Origin: Burkholderiaceae bacterium
GTDB lineage: Bacteria > Pseudomonadota > Gammaproteobacteria > Burkholderiales > Burkholderiaceae_B
Direction: 5' to 3'
Assembly (NCBI GenBank): GCA_040379625.1
Contig: JBEIKS010000001.1
Coordinates: 1 to 38,690, forward strand
Length of the DNA stretch: 38,690 bases
A model generated the notes under the pieces. That model searched no databases and was not told where the DNA came from. It saw only the letters and a program-made list of their open reading frames with translations. Shown here piece by piece: positions 1 to 9,910 of the stretch; position 1 is the first letter of the stretch; the number at the start of each line of letters is the position of its first letter. The position numbers and the translations under genes were made by a program.

Positions 1-2
1 CC

Positions 3-1118
3 ATGGCCTTCATGTCGTATTTCTTCTGTTTTGCCAGCGTTTTGTTGCCGGCAGACCGTTATGCCGCAGCCAAGGACCCCCGACGTTTGTTGTGGCTAGG
101 TGCCTCCTTGATGTGTTTTGGGGCTTTGACACTGCTGACCTTTGATGCCTATGCTGCGTGTGTTGCATCGCGGGCGCTTTCTGGCGCTGGCCAAGGTATG
201 GTTTTTATTGCCGTCCAGTCGTTGTTGCTGCGCTGGTCCAGTAAAAACGGCACGCTGGGTGCCAACTCATCCATTGTTTACCAGTTCAATGCCGGCATGA
301 TTTGCGGTCTGGCGTTGGGTTCGCTGATGGTTCTGTATGTTGATTCCAGCGGAGTGTTCATGATGGTGGCGACAACAGCGCTCATTATTATCGCCTTGTG
401 TTTTGTTTTGTCTGAAACCGAATCACCCAGCATTGGCTTGCCGGTTTCAGCAATGCCCAGGCCAGCGTCCTACCTGCAGTTCTGGAAAGACAAAACTTTC
501 AGCCTGCCCGCCATCTTGGTGGGTATTCCCAGCAAAGCAGTCATGACGGGAGTTGTGGTTTACGCCTTGCCGTTGTTACTGACGCAAATGGCCTTTGAAA
601 AGGAAGAAATCGGTCAGATGCTGATGTTCTATGCCGTGGGTGTGTTGCTGGTCAACCAAGTGCTTGCCAAACGCAGCAAACAGCCTGAAGTTCTGTCTCG
701 CTCAGTGGGGTTTGCCATGCTCAGTTCTGGTTTTGCAGTTGCCAGTATTGGCGGGTTGGGTCTGATCTACAGTTTGTATCCAGAGGCTTACTTGGCGGTG
801 GCCATTGGTGTTGTCTTTACCGTACTGATTATCGGCTTTTGTCATGGCGCCATTAATGCGCCGGTCGTCACGCTGGTTGCCAACTCAGATGCTGCCCACC
901 AGTATGGTGCCGCACCGGTGGCATCCTATTACCGTTTCAGCGAACGCGTGGGCCACGTATTAGGGCCTTTGTTGGTGGGGCAGGTGCTGTTGTTTGGCGG
1001 CGGTAAAACTGAAGGCCTGCTGTACATCGGAGCGGCCTTGATCTTGCTGGCACTTATTTTTGCGGTTCTGCAAAACAATCGAACCGATTCACCTGTTTTG
1101 GCGGTAGACGAGCAATGA
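3..1118 (+). CDS. MFS-type transporter; the 5' end is probably cut by the window edge
   Basis: The frame is open from the window start. The translation is strongly hydrophobic with about 10-11 predicted helices and an MFS-like loop motif (YRFSERVGHVLGP). Its stop overlaps the next start (ATGA at 1115-1118). Confidence 0.7.
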   Translation: MAFMSYFFCFASVLLPADRYAAAKDPRRLLWLGASLMCFGALTLLTFDAYAACVASRALSGAGQGMVFIAVQSLLLRWSSKNGTLGANSSIVYQFNAGMICGLALGSLMVLYVDSSGVFMMVATTALIIIALCFVLSETESPSIGLPVSAMPRPASYLQFWKDKTFSLPAILVGIPSKAVMTGVVVYALPLLLTQMAFEKEEIGQMLMFYAVGVLLVNQVLAKRSKQPEVLSRSVGFAMLSSGFAVASIGGLGLIYSLYPEAYLAVAIGVVFTVLIIGFCHGAINAPVVTLVANSDAAHQYGAAPVASYYRFSERVGHVLGPLLVGQVLLFGGGKTEGLLYIGAALILLALIFAVLQNNRTDSPVLAVDEQ

Positions 1119-2341
1119 AAACCCTCTCAAACTTCATTTTTTCCTTGCTGGTTTTTTTTGGCTTCGCATCACAACAAAGCATGGCACAACTGGCTCCGCT
1201 GCCACCTTCAGCGCCCGTTGCTTTGGGTGATTGGTTTAAAATTTCAGAAGAGGCGGCCCAATCCTGGGTCATCAAACCAGACGCCGATTCGCAATTTGCG
1301 GCTTCCTTGCAAGCAAAGCATGCCGGCCGAACCATGGCGGATAAAAAAATCCTGTTTTTGTATCCACGTGCATCTGTGGCTTACAACATCGCCATTTCGA
1401 AAATTCTGACGGTGTATGCACAAAAAGGTGTGGCTGCAAAAGTGCGCGTCATCAACTTTCAAAATCAGGCGCCTCTGGGGCATCAAGCCATGCAGGCAGC
1501 CGAAAAGGAAAAGTTTGATCTGGTGTTTGCCATGGGGTCTGAATCAGTTTCCTTCGTTCACCAGTTCTATAAAAACGGAAAAATTCCGATTGTCACGGTC
1601 TGTGCCAAAGACCCTGTTCTAATGGGCATCACGCCGTCTTACACGGAAGGAAGCAATACAAAAATTGCTTTCACTTCGCTGAACATGCCGGTGGATGTGC
1701 AACTGAGCTACCTGCTTCAAATCAAGCCCAAGCTCATCAACATTGCCATCATGGTGGACAAGAAAAACAGCAGTGCGATGCAAACGCAGGCCATTCCACT
1801 TGAAACAATTGCAAAGTCGCGCGGCATCAATGTTCAATGGGTGAAAATTGAAGGCCCGGAAACAGCCGACGAATTGCTGGCCCAGAATATTCCCTTGGCG
1901 CTTGCGGAAATGAAAAAAACAGACGCGGCGCTAACTGACAGCATTTTCTGGATCACAGGCAGCACTGCTATTTTTTCCAGAATCGGTGTCATCAACCGTT
2001 ACACTGAAAATGTTGCAGTGCTAAGCGCAGTGCCAGATGTTGTGCGCCCCGGGGACGACAGCGCAGTGATGTCCATTGGCATCGGCTTTGAAGAGAACGG
2101 CTACCTCGCGGCGTTATATGGCTTTAATGTCATCAATGGCAAAGCCTCTGTGGGCAGCTTGCCCGTGGGTATCGTTTCTCCGCCAGAGGTTGCCATCAAT
2201 TTTAAAAAGGCCAGACAAGTCGGCCTCAAAATACCTTTCTCCTTGTTTGAAAAAGCCAGCTCCGTTTACAACGGTGATGGACAGATGATCCGCTCAAAGG
2301 GCGTTCGAGTGCTGGCTGAAGCGGCTGTAACTACACAATAA
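1115..2341 (+). CDS. Periplasmic substrate-binding protein, resembling the 'ABC transporter substrate-binding' family (Pfam ABC_sub_bind, PF04392, from memory)
   Basis: It has an N-terminal signal peptide (MKTLSNFIFSLLVFFGFASQQSMAQ). The two-lobe SBP-like pattern includes DLVFAMGSES, IPIVTVCAKDPV and a C-terminal INFKKARQVGLKIPFSLF. The start is coupled to the upstream MFS stop by ATGA. Confidence 0.6.
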   Translation: MKTLSNFIFSLLVFFGFASQQSMAQLAPLPPSAPVALGDWFKISEEAAQSWVIKPDADSQFAASLQAKHAGRTMADKKILFLYPRASVAYNIAISKILTVYAQKGVAAKVRVINFQNQAPLGHQAMQAAEKEKFDLVFAMGSESVSFVHQFYKNGKIPIVTVCAKDPVLMGITPSYTEGSNTKIAFTSLNMPVDVQLSYLLQIKPKLINIAIMVDKKNSSAMQTQAIPLETIAKSRGINVQWVKIEGPETADELLAQNIPLALAEMKKTDAALTDSIFWITGSTAIFSRIGVINRYTENVAVLSAVPDVVRPGDDSAVMSIGIGFEENGYLAALYGFNVINGKASVGSLPVGIVSPPEVAINFKKARQVGLKIPFSLFEKASSVYNGDGQMIRSKGVRVLAEAAVTTQ

Positions 2342-2353
2342 AAAAATCCAGAG

Positions 2354-4483
2354 GTGCATGTGAGTCAATTCGAACACAGAATTACAATCAAACAGCCAGA
2401 TGAAAATGTACCTTCAGAAAAAACTCACTCGCTGCGTTTTGGCCTGCGCATCAGTCTGCTGTTGGTGACGGTTGTCACTGTCGTAGTCACAGCACTGGCA
2501 ATTCATTTGCCATGGGCCTGGACGTCTTCCGAAAACACCGAAGACATTGCGCTGCAACTCAACCGCGAAATTATTGCCTCACTGCGAACCGAGATTACCT
2601 CCGTCATCAACACGGCCTTGCAAGATCAGAAAGTCATGTCTGACCTGATCGGGGAAGGCGCACTCGACATTAAAAGTGCCAACGCCCGCGAATCGCTGTT
2701 GATGTCTTTTTTGAAGTCCAACAACTATTACAGTTTTGTTGGCATCGGCATGCCCAACGGCAATTACTACGGCGCACAACGCAGAGACTCATCAAGTATT
2801 TCGAGTATCAGCAGCACATGGGATCAGACAAAAAAATCAGCGAACCGAACCGAACGTTTGTTTGCAATGGATGGGGGTGAGTACACCTATTACAAAACCA
2901 CCCTCAAAATGAATGACTACTACGCACCCACCCGGCGCTGGTACACGATGTCAGCAGAAAATACGGGCACAGGTGTTGTGACTGACACCTATTCTTTTTC
3001 CAGTACAGGTCGCCCTGGTGTGAACACCGCCCTGACCGTGATGAAGAATAAAGAACTGCAAGCGGTGGTCACCATCGCCATCGAACTCGATCGACTCTCT
3101 GAGTACATGAAAACCTTGCGAGTGGGGCAAACAGGCTCCGCCTTTATGATGGATGACCGGGGTTTCATTATTGCTTCACGTGAATCCGTCAGCTTTCTGG
3201 CCGACAAGGACGCCAAGCCTGATGATCTTAAACTGCCCCGTATTTCGGAGGTTCTAAGCCCCATCATGATCACGGCCAGACAAGCGCTGGAAAGCGCCGG
3301 TATTTCCGACTACAAGAACATTGGTACAGGTACATCCATCCGGTTCAAGCAGGGTGAAACTGTCTACTTTGTTTCCGCTGAGCCTGTGGGTCGAAACAAC
3401 TGGATACTGCTGACCGTGGTGCCGGAATCCGATTTTAGCCAGCGCATTCTCGCCAATACACAAAACGTGGTCTTCATTGTCGTCGGCGTTACCTTGTTGG
3501 CCAGTTTGTTTGCGCTTTTCATCAGTCAGCGTGGTTTTGTAAAACCCCTGACAGAAATTATCGAGCAAACCCACCAACTCGCGAACTTCAACTTGTCTGA
3601 TATTCGTCCTGTGAATTCCTACATTACCGAAATTCACAACCTCGCAACTTCGGTCGTCCAGATGGGCGCCGGTTTGGGGTCGTTTGGAAAATACCTGCCG
3701 GCCGGTTTGGTTAAAACACTGTTGGCCAACGGCGTGGTCGCAAAGCCCTACGCTGAAAAGCGGACCATGAGTGTGCTGTTCATGGATCTGGCAGGTTTCA
3801 CCACCATTTCAGAAGCGTTGGGCCCTAAAATTGTTCCCTACCTGGACCGTTATTTCGGTGCCATGACCTCAGAAATTGAGGCAGTCGATGGCACCATCGA
3901 CAAATTCATCGGCGACTGTGTAATGGCCTTCTGGGGCGCACCCTTCTACGACGAAGAGCACCCTGCAAAGGCCTGCGCTGCCGCCCTGAATTGTCTGGAT
4001 ACCCTTGAAATGTTGCGTGAAGAATGGCCGGCAGAGTGGGCGTCCAAGCTCGATGTACGAATTGGTGTGAATACAGGCCGTGTCATTGTGGGCAACATCG
4101 GTTCACATGCCCGCATCAACTACACAGTGGTCGGCGACCCGGTGAATCTGGCCAGCCGGCTTGAGAGCGGCTGCAAGGGTTACGGCATTCGCTGCATGAT
4201 AGGGCAGAGCACCTATGAGTTGGCCAAGTACGACATTGTTGCCCGTCGTCTGGATGTAACGCATGTAAAAGGCAAGAATGAACCCGTGGTGGTTTATGAA
4301 CTGCTGGCCATGGCGGACGATGTCAAAGACCGTTCGCAATACGCTTGGGTTGATGTCTACGATGAAGCCTTGAGCGCCTTTACCGCCGGCGATATTGCCA
4401 AAGCCCGCGCCGGTTTCCTCAAAACCATTGAATTAAGGGGTGAAGACCCACCCTCCAGTATGTTTCTTGAACGTTGTCAGTGA
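2354..4483 (+). CDS. Membrane-bound class III adenylate/guanylate cyclase with a periplasmic double-Cache-like domain and HAMP linker
   Basis: Two TM segments (LRISLLLVTVVTVVVTALAIHL and VVFIVVGVTLLASLFALFISQ) flank a roughly 320-aa extracytoplasmic region. A HAMP-like linker follows, then cyclase motifs FMDLAGFT, DKFIGDCVMAFWG and GDPVNLASRLES. The more likely start is the in-frame GTG at 2360, with GAGG 5 nt upstream; the ATG at 2358 is out of frame. Confidence 0.85.
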   Translation: MHVSQFEHRITIKQPDENVPSEKTHSLRFGLRISLLLVTVVTVVVTALAIHLPWAWTSSENTEDIALQLNREIIASLRTEITSVINTALQDQKVMSDLIGEGALDIKSANARESLLMSFLKSNNYYSFVGIGMPNGNYYGAQRRDSSSISSISSTWDQTKKSANRTERLFAMDGGEYTYYKTTLKMNDYYAPTRRWYTMSAENTGTGVVTDTYSFSSTGRPGVNTALTVMKNKELQAVVTIAIELDRLSEYMKTLRVGQTGSAFMMDDRGFIIASRESVSFLADKDAKPDDLKLPRISEVLSPIMITARQALESAGISDYKNIGTGTSIRFKQGETVYFVSAEPVGRNNWILLTVVPESDFSQRILANTQNVVFIVVGVTLLASLFALFISQRGFVKPLTEIIEQTHQLANFNLSDIRPVNSYITEIHNLATSVVQMGAGLGSFGKYLPAGLVKTLLANGVVAKPYAEKRTMSVLFMDLAGFTTISEALGPKIVPYLDRYFGAMTSEIEAVDGTIDKFIGDCVMAFWGAPFYDEEHPAKACAAALNCLDTLEMLREEWPAEWASKLDVRIGVNTGRVIVGNIGSHARINYTVVGDPVNLASRLESGCKGYGIRCMIGQSTYELAKYDIVARRLDVTHVKGKNEPVVVYELLAMADDVKDRSQYAWVDVYDEALSAFTAGDIAKARAGFLKTIELRGEDPPSSMFLERCQ

Positions 4484-4572
4484 TGTATATTTAACATCAA
4501 CATAAACTGTGGCGAGGGCGAATTACAGCCTTCGACCATCAGATCACCTGACAATTCATTGGGGGACGAGCC

Positions 4573-5487
4573 ATGGCAACCTACACAGCCGCGGATGGGC
4601 ATTCGCTTCACTACTGGGATATGGGCACAGGCCCTGTTTGCATTCTGGTTCACGGCTTTGGAATGCCGGCGTTTCTCTGGTTACCCTTCATCACACCTTT
4701 GCTGGGCAAATACCGCTTCATCCTGCCTGACCTTCGCGGTTTCGGAGCCTCTCACAAAGTGCCTGTCGGGCATGAAAGCGTGTTTACCCAATACGCACAC
4801 GACCTCCATGGCTTGATTGAACATCTGGATGTTGAATCCCCTGCACTGGTCGGCTTTTCCATGGGGGCCTGCACCGCGATGGAATACCAACGCTTGTATG
4901 GTTTTGATCGCATCCGTTCTTATTTGCAAATAGACCAGGCCATGCGCCTGACCAACGACGAATCTTATTTGTCCGGTTTGTTTGGTGCCGATCAGGCCAC
5001 GCGCATGGCTTCACTCAAGCAAATGATGGAAGACTTCGAAAGCCTTGGGCGAGAACGTCGCTTTTTCAGTTTGCCAGCGGTGATGCGCAGACGTTTCTGG
5101 AAGCAATTTTCACTGTTCGGTGCCAGCGCTTTTGCCAACCCGTTTCTGAAGTGCTTTGCAGAAATGGGGCGTCATGAGTTTCTTGTCAGATTTGTGGCGC
5201 CGGTTTCAAACTGGCCTGTTTACCTGGACTGTATACGCACCTTTGTGGGTAATCCGCACGACTACCGCGAAACCATGGCACAACAGGCTGGGGAAAAGCC
5301 TGTTTGGTTTTTTGTCGGTGACGAATCCGCTTTGTATCCGGCAGAAGGCCAGTTGGCGGCAAAAGAGTACATCAAGCATTCAAAGGTGGTCCGCTTCAAG
5401 GGCGCAGGGCATGCCTTGATGTTTGATTCACCGGTGCGTTTTGTCCGCAAACTGAATCAGTTTTTATCAAGCACCGCTGCGCACTGA
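4573..5487 (+). CDS. Alpha/beta-fold hydrolase
   Basis: It has an oxyanion-hole-like HGFG, the nucleophile elbow GFSMG and a C-terminal GAGHALM histidine. The SD GGGGGA lies 6 nt upstream of the ATG. Confidence 0.75.
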   Translation: MATYTAADGHSLHYWDMGTGPVCILVHGFGMPAFLWLPFITPLLGKYRFILPDLRGFGASHKVPVGHESVFTQYAHDLHGLIEHLDVESPALVGFSMGACTAMEYQRLYGFDRIRSYLQIDQAMRLTNDESYLSGLFGADQATRMASLKQMMEDFESLGRERRFFSLPAVMRRRFWKQFSLFGASAFANPFLKCFAEMGRHEFLVRFVAPVSNWPVYLDCIRTFVGNPHDYRETMAQQAGEKPVWFFVGDESALYPAEGQLAAKEYIKHSKVVRFKGAGHALMFDSPVRFVRKLNQFLSSTAAH

Positions 5488-6248
5488 ACCGCATATTCGG
5501 TACAAATAGCGGCATCTGTGGTCAGCGCTTTCTTGCTCAGTAGTTCGCGCAGTTCAGTCAGGCTGCACCGCATAAAGCCGGACACCTCCCCGTCTTTGTT
5601 CTCGGGTGTGAAATCCGCTGGTAGTTGCAAGGAAAAACAGTGCAGCAGTTCGCGGTGAACACCTTGTGTTTCTATGCGTTCTGAAACCAGGGTTTTCGGC
5701 AGGGCAATCAGGTTTTTACTCAGCACTTCATCAACACCGGCTTCTTCCCACAATTCCCGTCTGGCGCAATTCACCGGGGTTTCGCCGCTGCTCAAGCCGC
5801 CGGCGGCGAGGTTATCCAACAGCCCCGGGTCTATTGCCTTGAGTGTGGAGCGGCGTCCCAGCCAAACCTGTCCGCTTTGCGTGTGCCCGTGAATATGAAC
5901 GGCTTCTGATTCAAAACCGAAGGTTCTGAAACTGGCGCGCTCCAAATCAAACCAAGCCGAGCCGTCCGGTTTTTTAAGTGTAAACAGCTCATTGCGCCAG
6001 CCTGCAATGTAGCCTGCATTGTGAAGGTCGGCGGCGAGCGCCTGACAGCATTGCTGGAGTTCCTGGGGTGTGCTTAGCCGATGACCCAGCCCCAGTGTTG
6101 GTGAGCTTGAACCGTCAGTGTGCAAGGTCAGACCGAAGCTTCCAACCCGGTGCAGCAAGGCAGCCTGCACCGCAGGTATGAGTTTCCCGACAGATTCACC
6201 CCCCACCCTGAAAACACTCAGCGCAACGGGTTTGCCACTGTTGCTCAC
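5457..6248 (-). CDS. Nudix hydrolase with an N-terminal extension of about 130 aa
   Basis: The Nudix box is complete: GGLSSGETPVNCARRELWEEAGV fits G-x5-E-x7-REUxEExGU. The GTG start overlaps the upstream lipoprotein stop (GTGA at 6245-6248). Confidence 0.8.
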   Translation of the reverse strand: MSNSGKPVALSVFRVGGESVGKLIPAVQAALLHRVGSFGLTLHTDGSSSPTLGLGHRLSTPQELQQCCQALAADLHNAGYIAGWRNELFTLKKPDGSAWFDLERASFRTFGFESEAVHIHGHTQSGQVWLGRRSTLKAIDPGLLDNLAAGGLSSGETPVNCARRELWEEAGVDEVLSKNLIALPKTLVSERIETQGVHRELLHCFSLQLPADFTPENKDGEVSGFMRCSLTELRELLSKKALTTDAAICTEYAVQCAAVLDKN

Positions 6249-6889
6249 TGCCCTTTGTTTCTCGGCAATGTCACTGTTTTGGTCTTGCCGTTTTCACCGG
6301 GAAAACCGCTGAACAGGCTGCGCGCCAAATACGGCATGGCTTCAGAAAGACCTTCACCGCGCACAGAATCTGTCAGTGCCTTTCCTTCCCAAATGGCTTT
6401 GCTATCTTTCATTTCATTGTCAAAAATACTGACTTTCAATTCATGGCGCACGTATTCCACATTGCGTTGAACCGGAATGGGCGTTGAGAAGAAAGGGTCG
6501 TAACCGTAACGTCCATTAAAGCCATAGCCTCTGGAAACACCCACGCCAAAGGTTGGATAGGCGTAGTCGGTCACTGTGTATTTCTGGTCTGAGCTGCGCA
6601 CGTGGAACTCCACGTTGAAACGGGGCTTCTCAGTGGGTTTGGCAGCTGAAAAGCCCAACGGGCCAAGTTCCTGGGTAAGCATGTCTTCATATTGAGACCA
6701 TTCCAGACTCTTTGCCTGTTCCGGTCCCCTCACAAATGCATACGTGCGAGGCATTTCCTTGTAGGCCAGGTTTTCCATGCGCTGGTAAACCGTTACGTTG
6801 CTGCGCACATTGTTTGCACAGCCGCTCAGCAGCGCAACGCACACCAACAAAAACCCAAAATGTCTTGCAAATCCGATATCAGACACCAC
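6245..6889 (-). CDS. Lipoprotein, DUF4136-like (family assigned from memory)
   Basis: The signal peptide has a lipobox (LLVCVALLSGC). The longest ORF begins at TTG 6901, but that codon lies inside a GGAGG that sits 5 nt upstream of the GTG at 6889, so 6889 is the likelier start. Confidence 0.6.
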   Translation of the reverse strand: MVSDIGFARHFGFLLVCVALLSGCANNVRSNVTVYQRMENLAYKEMPRTYAFVRGPEQAKSLEWSQYEDMLTQELGPLGFSAAKPTEKPRFNVEFHVRSSDQKYTVTDYAYPTFGVGVSRGYGFNGRYGYDPFFSTPIPVQRNVEYVRHELKVSIFDNEMKDSKAIWEGKALTDSVRGEGLSEAMPYLARSLFSGFPGENGKTKTVTLPRNKGQ

Positions 6890-6949
6890 GCTGACCTCCA
6901 ATTCAATGAATCCGACACGTGTTAGAACTCCACCACCGGGCTAAGTTTC

Positions 6950-8389
6950 TCAGCCCTGCAGTTTTTTCTTCAGCAAGTCGTTGACCGTGGCCGGATTGGC
7001 CTTGCCTTTGGCCTGCTTCATCACTTGCCCTACCAATGAATTAAACGCTTTTTCCTTGCCGCTGCGGTATTCAGCCACCGGACCAGGGTTGGCGTTCATG
7101 ACTTCATCAATCATGGCCTCAATGGCCGAAGTGTCGCTGATCTGCTTCAAACCTTTTGCTTCAATGATGCGGTCTGCGTCTGCATCCTCATCGCCTGCCC
7201 ACATGGCAATAAACACTTCCTTGGCCAATTTGTTGGACAAAGTACCGTCCTGTATGCGCAACAGCAGTTTTGAAAGTTGCAGCGCGCTGACGGGGGCTTG
7301 TTCCAAGGCTATGCCATCGCGGTTCAATTGCGAAGACACCTCGCCCATTAACCAATTTGCAGCCAATTTCGTCTGTGCGCTGCCAATCTGCGCCACCACC
7401 GCTTCAAAAAAGTCGGCCATCACGCGGGTGCTGGTCAGCATGTTGGCGTCATAAGGCGTAAGCCCATACAAGGCTTCGTATTTTTTGCGTTTGCTTGAGG
7501 GCAGTTCAGGCATTTCCGCCTTAACGGATTCAACCCACTCCGGTGCAATCATCAGTGGCGGTAGATCCGGGTCCGGGAAGTAACGGTAGTCCTGTGCATC
7601 TTCCTTGCCGCGCATCGAACGGGTTTCGTTGCGGTCCGGGTCATAGAGACGCGTTTCCTGTACCACCCGTCCACCGTCTTCTATCAGTTCGATTTGACGG
7701 TTTGCCTCATACACAATGGCTTGCTGTAAAAACTTGAACGAGTTCAGGTTCTTGATCTCACAGCGGGTACCCAGCGGAGCGCCCGGTTTGCGCACGGAAA
7801 CGTTCGCATCACAACGGAAACTGCCCTCTTGCATGTTGCCGTCGCTGATGCCAAGCCAGGTCACCAAACCATGCAGCGCGCGTGCATAGGCCACGGCTTC
7901 TTCGGCGCTGCACATGTCAGGCTCGGTGACAATTTCCAGCAAAGGGGTGCCTGCCCGGTTTAGGTCTATGCCAGACATGCCTGCGAAATCTTCATGCAAG
8001 CTTTTTCCAGCGTCCTCTTCAAGGTGAGCCCGCACCAAATGCACTGTCTTGACTTGGTCGCCCACCAGAATATCGAGGTGTCCGCCTTGTACCACCGGAA
8101 TTTCGTTTTGGCTGATCTGATAGCCCTTGGGCAAGTCCGGATAAAAATAGTTTTTACGCTCAAAGGTGGATGCGTCAGCAATTTTGGCGTCTACCGCCAA
8201 TCCCAGACGAATGGCGTAATCTACCGCGCGACGGTTCATCACCGGCAACACGCCCGGCAAGGCAAGATCAACAGCGCAGGCCTGCGTGTTGGGCTCGGCG
8301 CCAAACTGGGTGCTGGCACCTGAAAATATTTTGGAGTTTGTCGCCAATTGCACGTGGGTTTCCAAACCAATGACAATTTCCCAACTCAT
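6950..8389 (-). CDS. gatB: Asp/Glu-tRNA amidotransferase subunit B
   Basis: The conserved N-terminus [15 protein letters not shown] starts at an internal Met of the track ORF. That ATG overlaps the gatA stop (ATGA at 8386-8389). GatB-like similarity runs the full length. Confidence 0.95.
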   Translation of the reverse strand: MSWEIVIGLETHVQLATNSKIFSGASTQFGAEPNTQACAVDLALPGVLPVMNRRAVDYAIRLGLAVDAKIADASTFERKNYFYPDLPKGYQISQNEIPVVQGGHLDILVGDQVKTVHLVRAHLEEDAGKSLHEDFAGMSGIDLNRAGTPLLEIVTEPDMCSAEEAVAYARALHGLVTWLGISDGNMQEGSFRCDANVSVRKPGAPLGTRCEIKNLNSFKFLQQAIVYEANRQIELIEDGGRVVQETRLYDPDRNETRSMRGKEDAQDYRYFPDPDLPPLMIAPEWVESVKAEMPELPSSKRKKYEALYGLTPYDANMLTSTRVMADFFEAVVAQIGSAQTKLAANWLMGEVSSQLNRDGIALEQAPVSALQLSKLLLRIQDGTLSNKLAKEVFIAMWAGDEDADADRIIEAKGLKQISDTSAIEAMIDEVMNANPGPVAEYRSGKEKAFNSLVGQVMKQAKGKANPATVNDLLKKKLQG

Positions 8390-9903
8390 GCTGAGGCACC
8401 TTTCCCTGAGGTTGAATGGTTTGCAGCGGACGGGCGCTGCAAGTGCCACTGAGTGGCGCGTTGAAAATGGTCTGCTGTTTGCAGCAGTTCGGCTTCCGCG
8501 AAATAGTTGCCGATCAATTGAAGCCCCACAGGTCTTCCTGCCTGTCCGAAACCCACCGGCACCGACATGCCGGGCAAGCCTGCAAGGCTGGCACCCAAGG
8601 TAAAAATGTCAGCCAGGTACATTTTGATGGGGTCTGAGGTTTTTTCCCCCAGATTCCATGCAACTGACGGACACACCGGCCCTGCAATCACGTCGCATTG
8701 CGCAAAAGCGGCTTGAAAGTCTTGGGCAATCAGGCGGCGTACCCGTTGCGCCTGCAAATAATAGGCGTCGTAATAACCGCGGGACAACACATAGGCGCCG
8801 ACCAGAATCCTGCGCTTTACTTCTGCACCAAAACCTTCGCTGCGGGTTTTTTCATACATGTCCGCCAAGTCCTTGTAGCCGCTCGCCCTGTGGCCATATC
8901 GAACGCCGTCGAAGCGCGACAGGTTGGAAGACGCCTCTGCCGGCGCAATCACGTAGTAGGCTGGAATCGACAAAGCCGTTCTGGGCAGCGAGACCGGCAC
9001 CGCCACGGCACCGAGCTGTTCCAGTGTCTTGATGGCAACTTGCACGGCATTCAGAACATCCTGTTCCACGCCGCTTGCAAAAAACTCATCGGGCAGGCCC
9101 ACACGCAAACCTTTTAAAGGCTGGCTCTCCGTTGCGCCGGTGCGTGGTGTACCCAGCAAGCGTTCAAAGTTCTCCGCGGGTTTGTCCAGACTGGTGGAGT
9201 CGCGGGTATCGAAGCCGGCCATGGCCGTCAGGGCCAGTGCGCAGTCTTCAGCGCTGCCCGCCATCGGACCCCCTTGGTCCAGACTTGAAGCGTAGGCAAT
9301 CATGCCGTAACGAGACACCCTGCCGTAAGTGGGCTTGATGCCTGTGATGCCGCACAAGGCGGCCGGTTGCCGGATGGAGCCTCCGGTGTCTGTGCCTGTG
9401 GCCAGAGGAACAATGCCCGCCGCCACTGCAGCGGCTGAACCGCCCGAAGAGCCACCCGGCACCGCCAGCAAGTCCCAGGGGTTTTTCACCGGACCGAAAG
9501 CGGAGTTCTCATTGGAGGAGCCCATTGCGAACTCGTCACAGTTGAGCTTACCGACGCACACCAGTCCGGCAGCGCTCATTTTTTCAACCACAGCCGCGTC
9601 GAAGGGGCTGACGTAGTTGGCCAGCATTTTTGAGCCGGCTGTACTTTTCCAGCCGCGGGTTACAAAAATGTCTTTGTGCGCCATCGGAATGCCCAGCAGC
9701 GCACCGCTATCGCCCTGCGCAATTCTGGCGTCGGCCGCTCTGGCCTGCGCCAAAGTAAGGTCTTCTGCGATGTCGGTAAAGGCATTCAGGTGGCTTTGGG
9801 TTTCAGCTTTTTTCAAGGCCTCCATGGCCAATTCAACACTGCTGACCTGTCGCTGCATCAATTGTGTATGCAGGCTTTTTAATGAAACGGGATGGGAGCT
9901 CAT
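8386..9903 (-). CDS. gatA: Asp/Glu-tRNA amidotransferase subunit A
   Basis: It carries the amidase signature [14 protein letters not shown] and a KDIF motif, and it sits between gatC and gatB. Confidence 0.95.
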   Translation of the reverse strand: MSSHPVSLKSLHTQLMQRQVSSVELAMEALKKAETQSHLNAFTDIAEDLTLAQARAADARIAQGDSGALLGIPMAHKDIFVTRGWKSTAGSKMLANYVSPFDAAVVEKMSAAGLVCVGKLNCDEFAMGSSNENSAFGPVKNPWDLLAVPGGSSGGSAAAVAAGIVPLATGTDTGGSIRQPAALCGITGIKPTYGRVSRYGMIAYASSLDQGGPMAGSAEDCALALTAMAGFDTRDSTSLDKPAENFERLLGTPRTGATESQPLKGLRVGLPDEFFASGVEQDVLNAVQVAIKTLEQLGAVAVPVSLPRTALSIPAYYVIAPAEASSNLSRFDGVRYGHRASGYKDLADMYEKTRSEGFGAEVKRRILVGAYVLSRGYYDAYYLQAQRVRRLIAQDFQAAFAQCDVIAGPVCPSVAWNLGEKTSDPIKMYLADIFTLGASLAGLPGMSVPVGFGQAGRPVGLQLIGNYFAEAELLQTADHFQRATQWHLQRPSAANHSTSGKGASA

Positions 9904-9910
9904 TTACAAC

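Noticed and set aside
4481-4510. An AT-rich palindromic element lies after the cyclase stop (TGATGT-ATATTTA-ACATCA, then ACATAAAC). It contains TGTATA and ATTTAACAT and so resembles a XerCD dif site.
   Set aside because: Only one arm (ATTTAACATCA against ATTTAACATAA) resembles the XerD half-site. No acceptable XerC arm lies at the correct 6-bp spacing in either orientation. The resemblance is most likely a coincidence in a short AT-rich spacer, and the element is also too AT-rich and short to be a convincing terminator.
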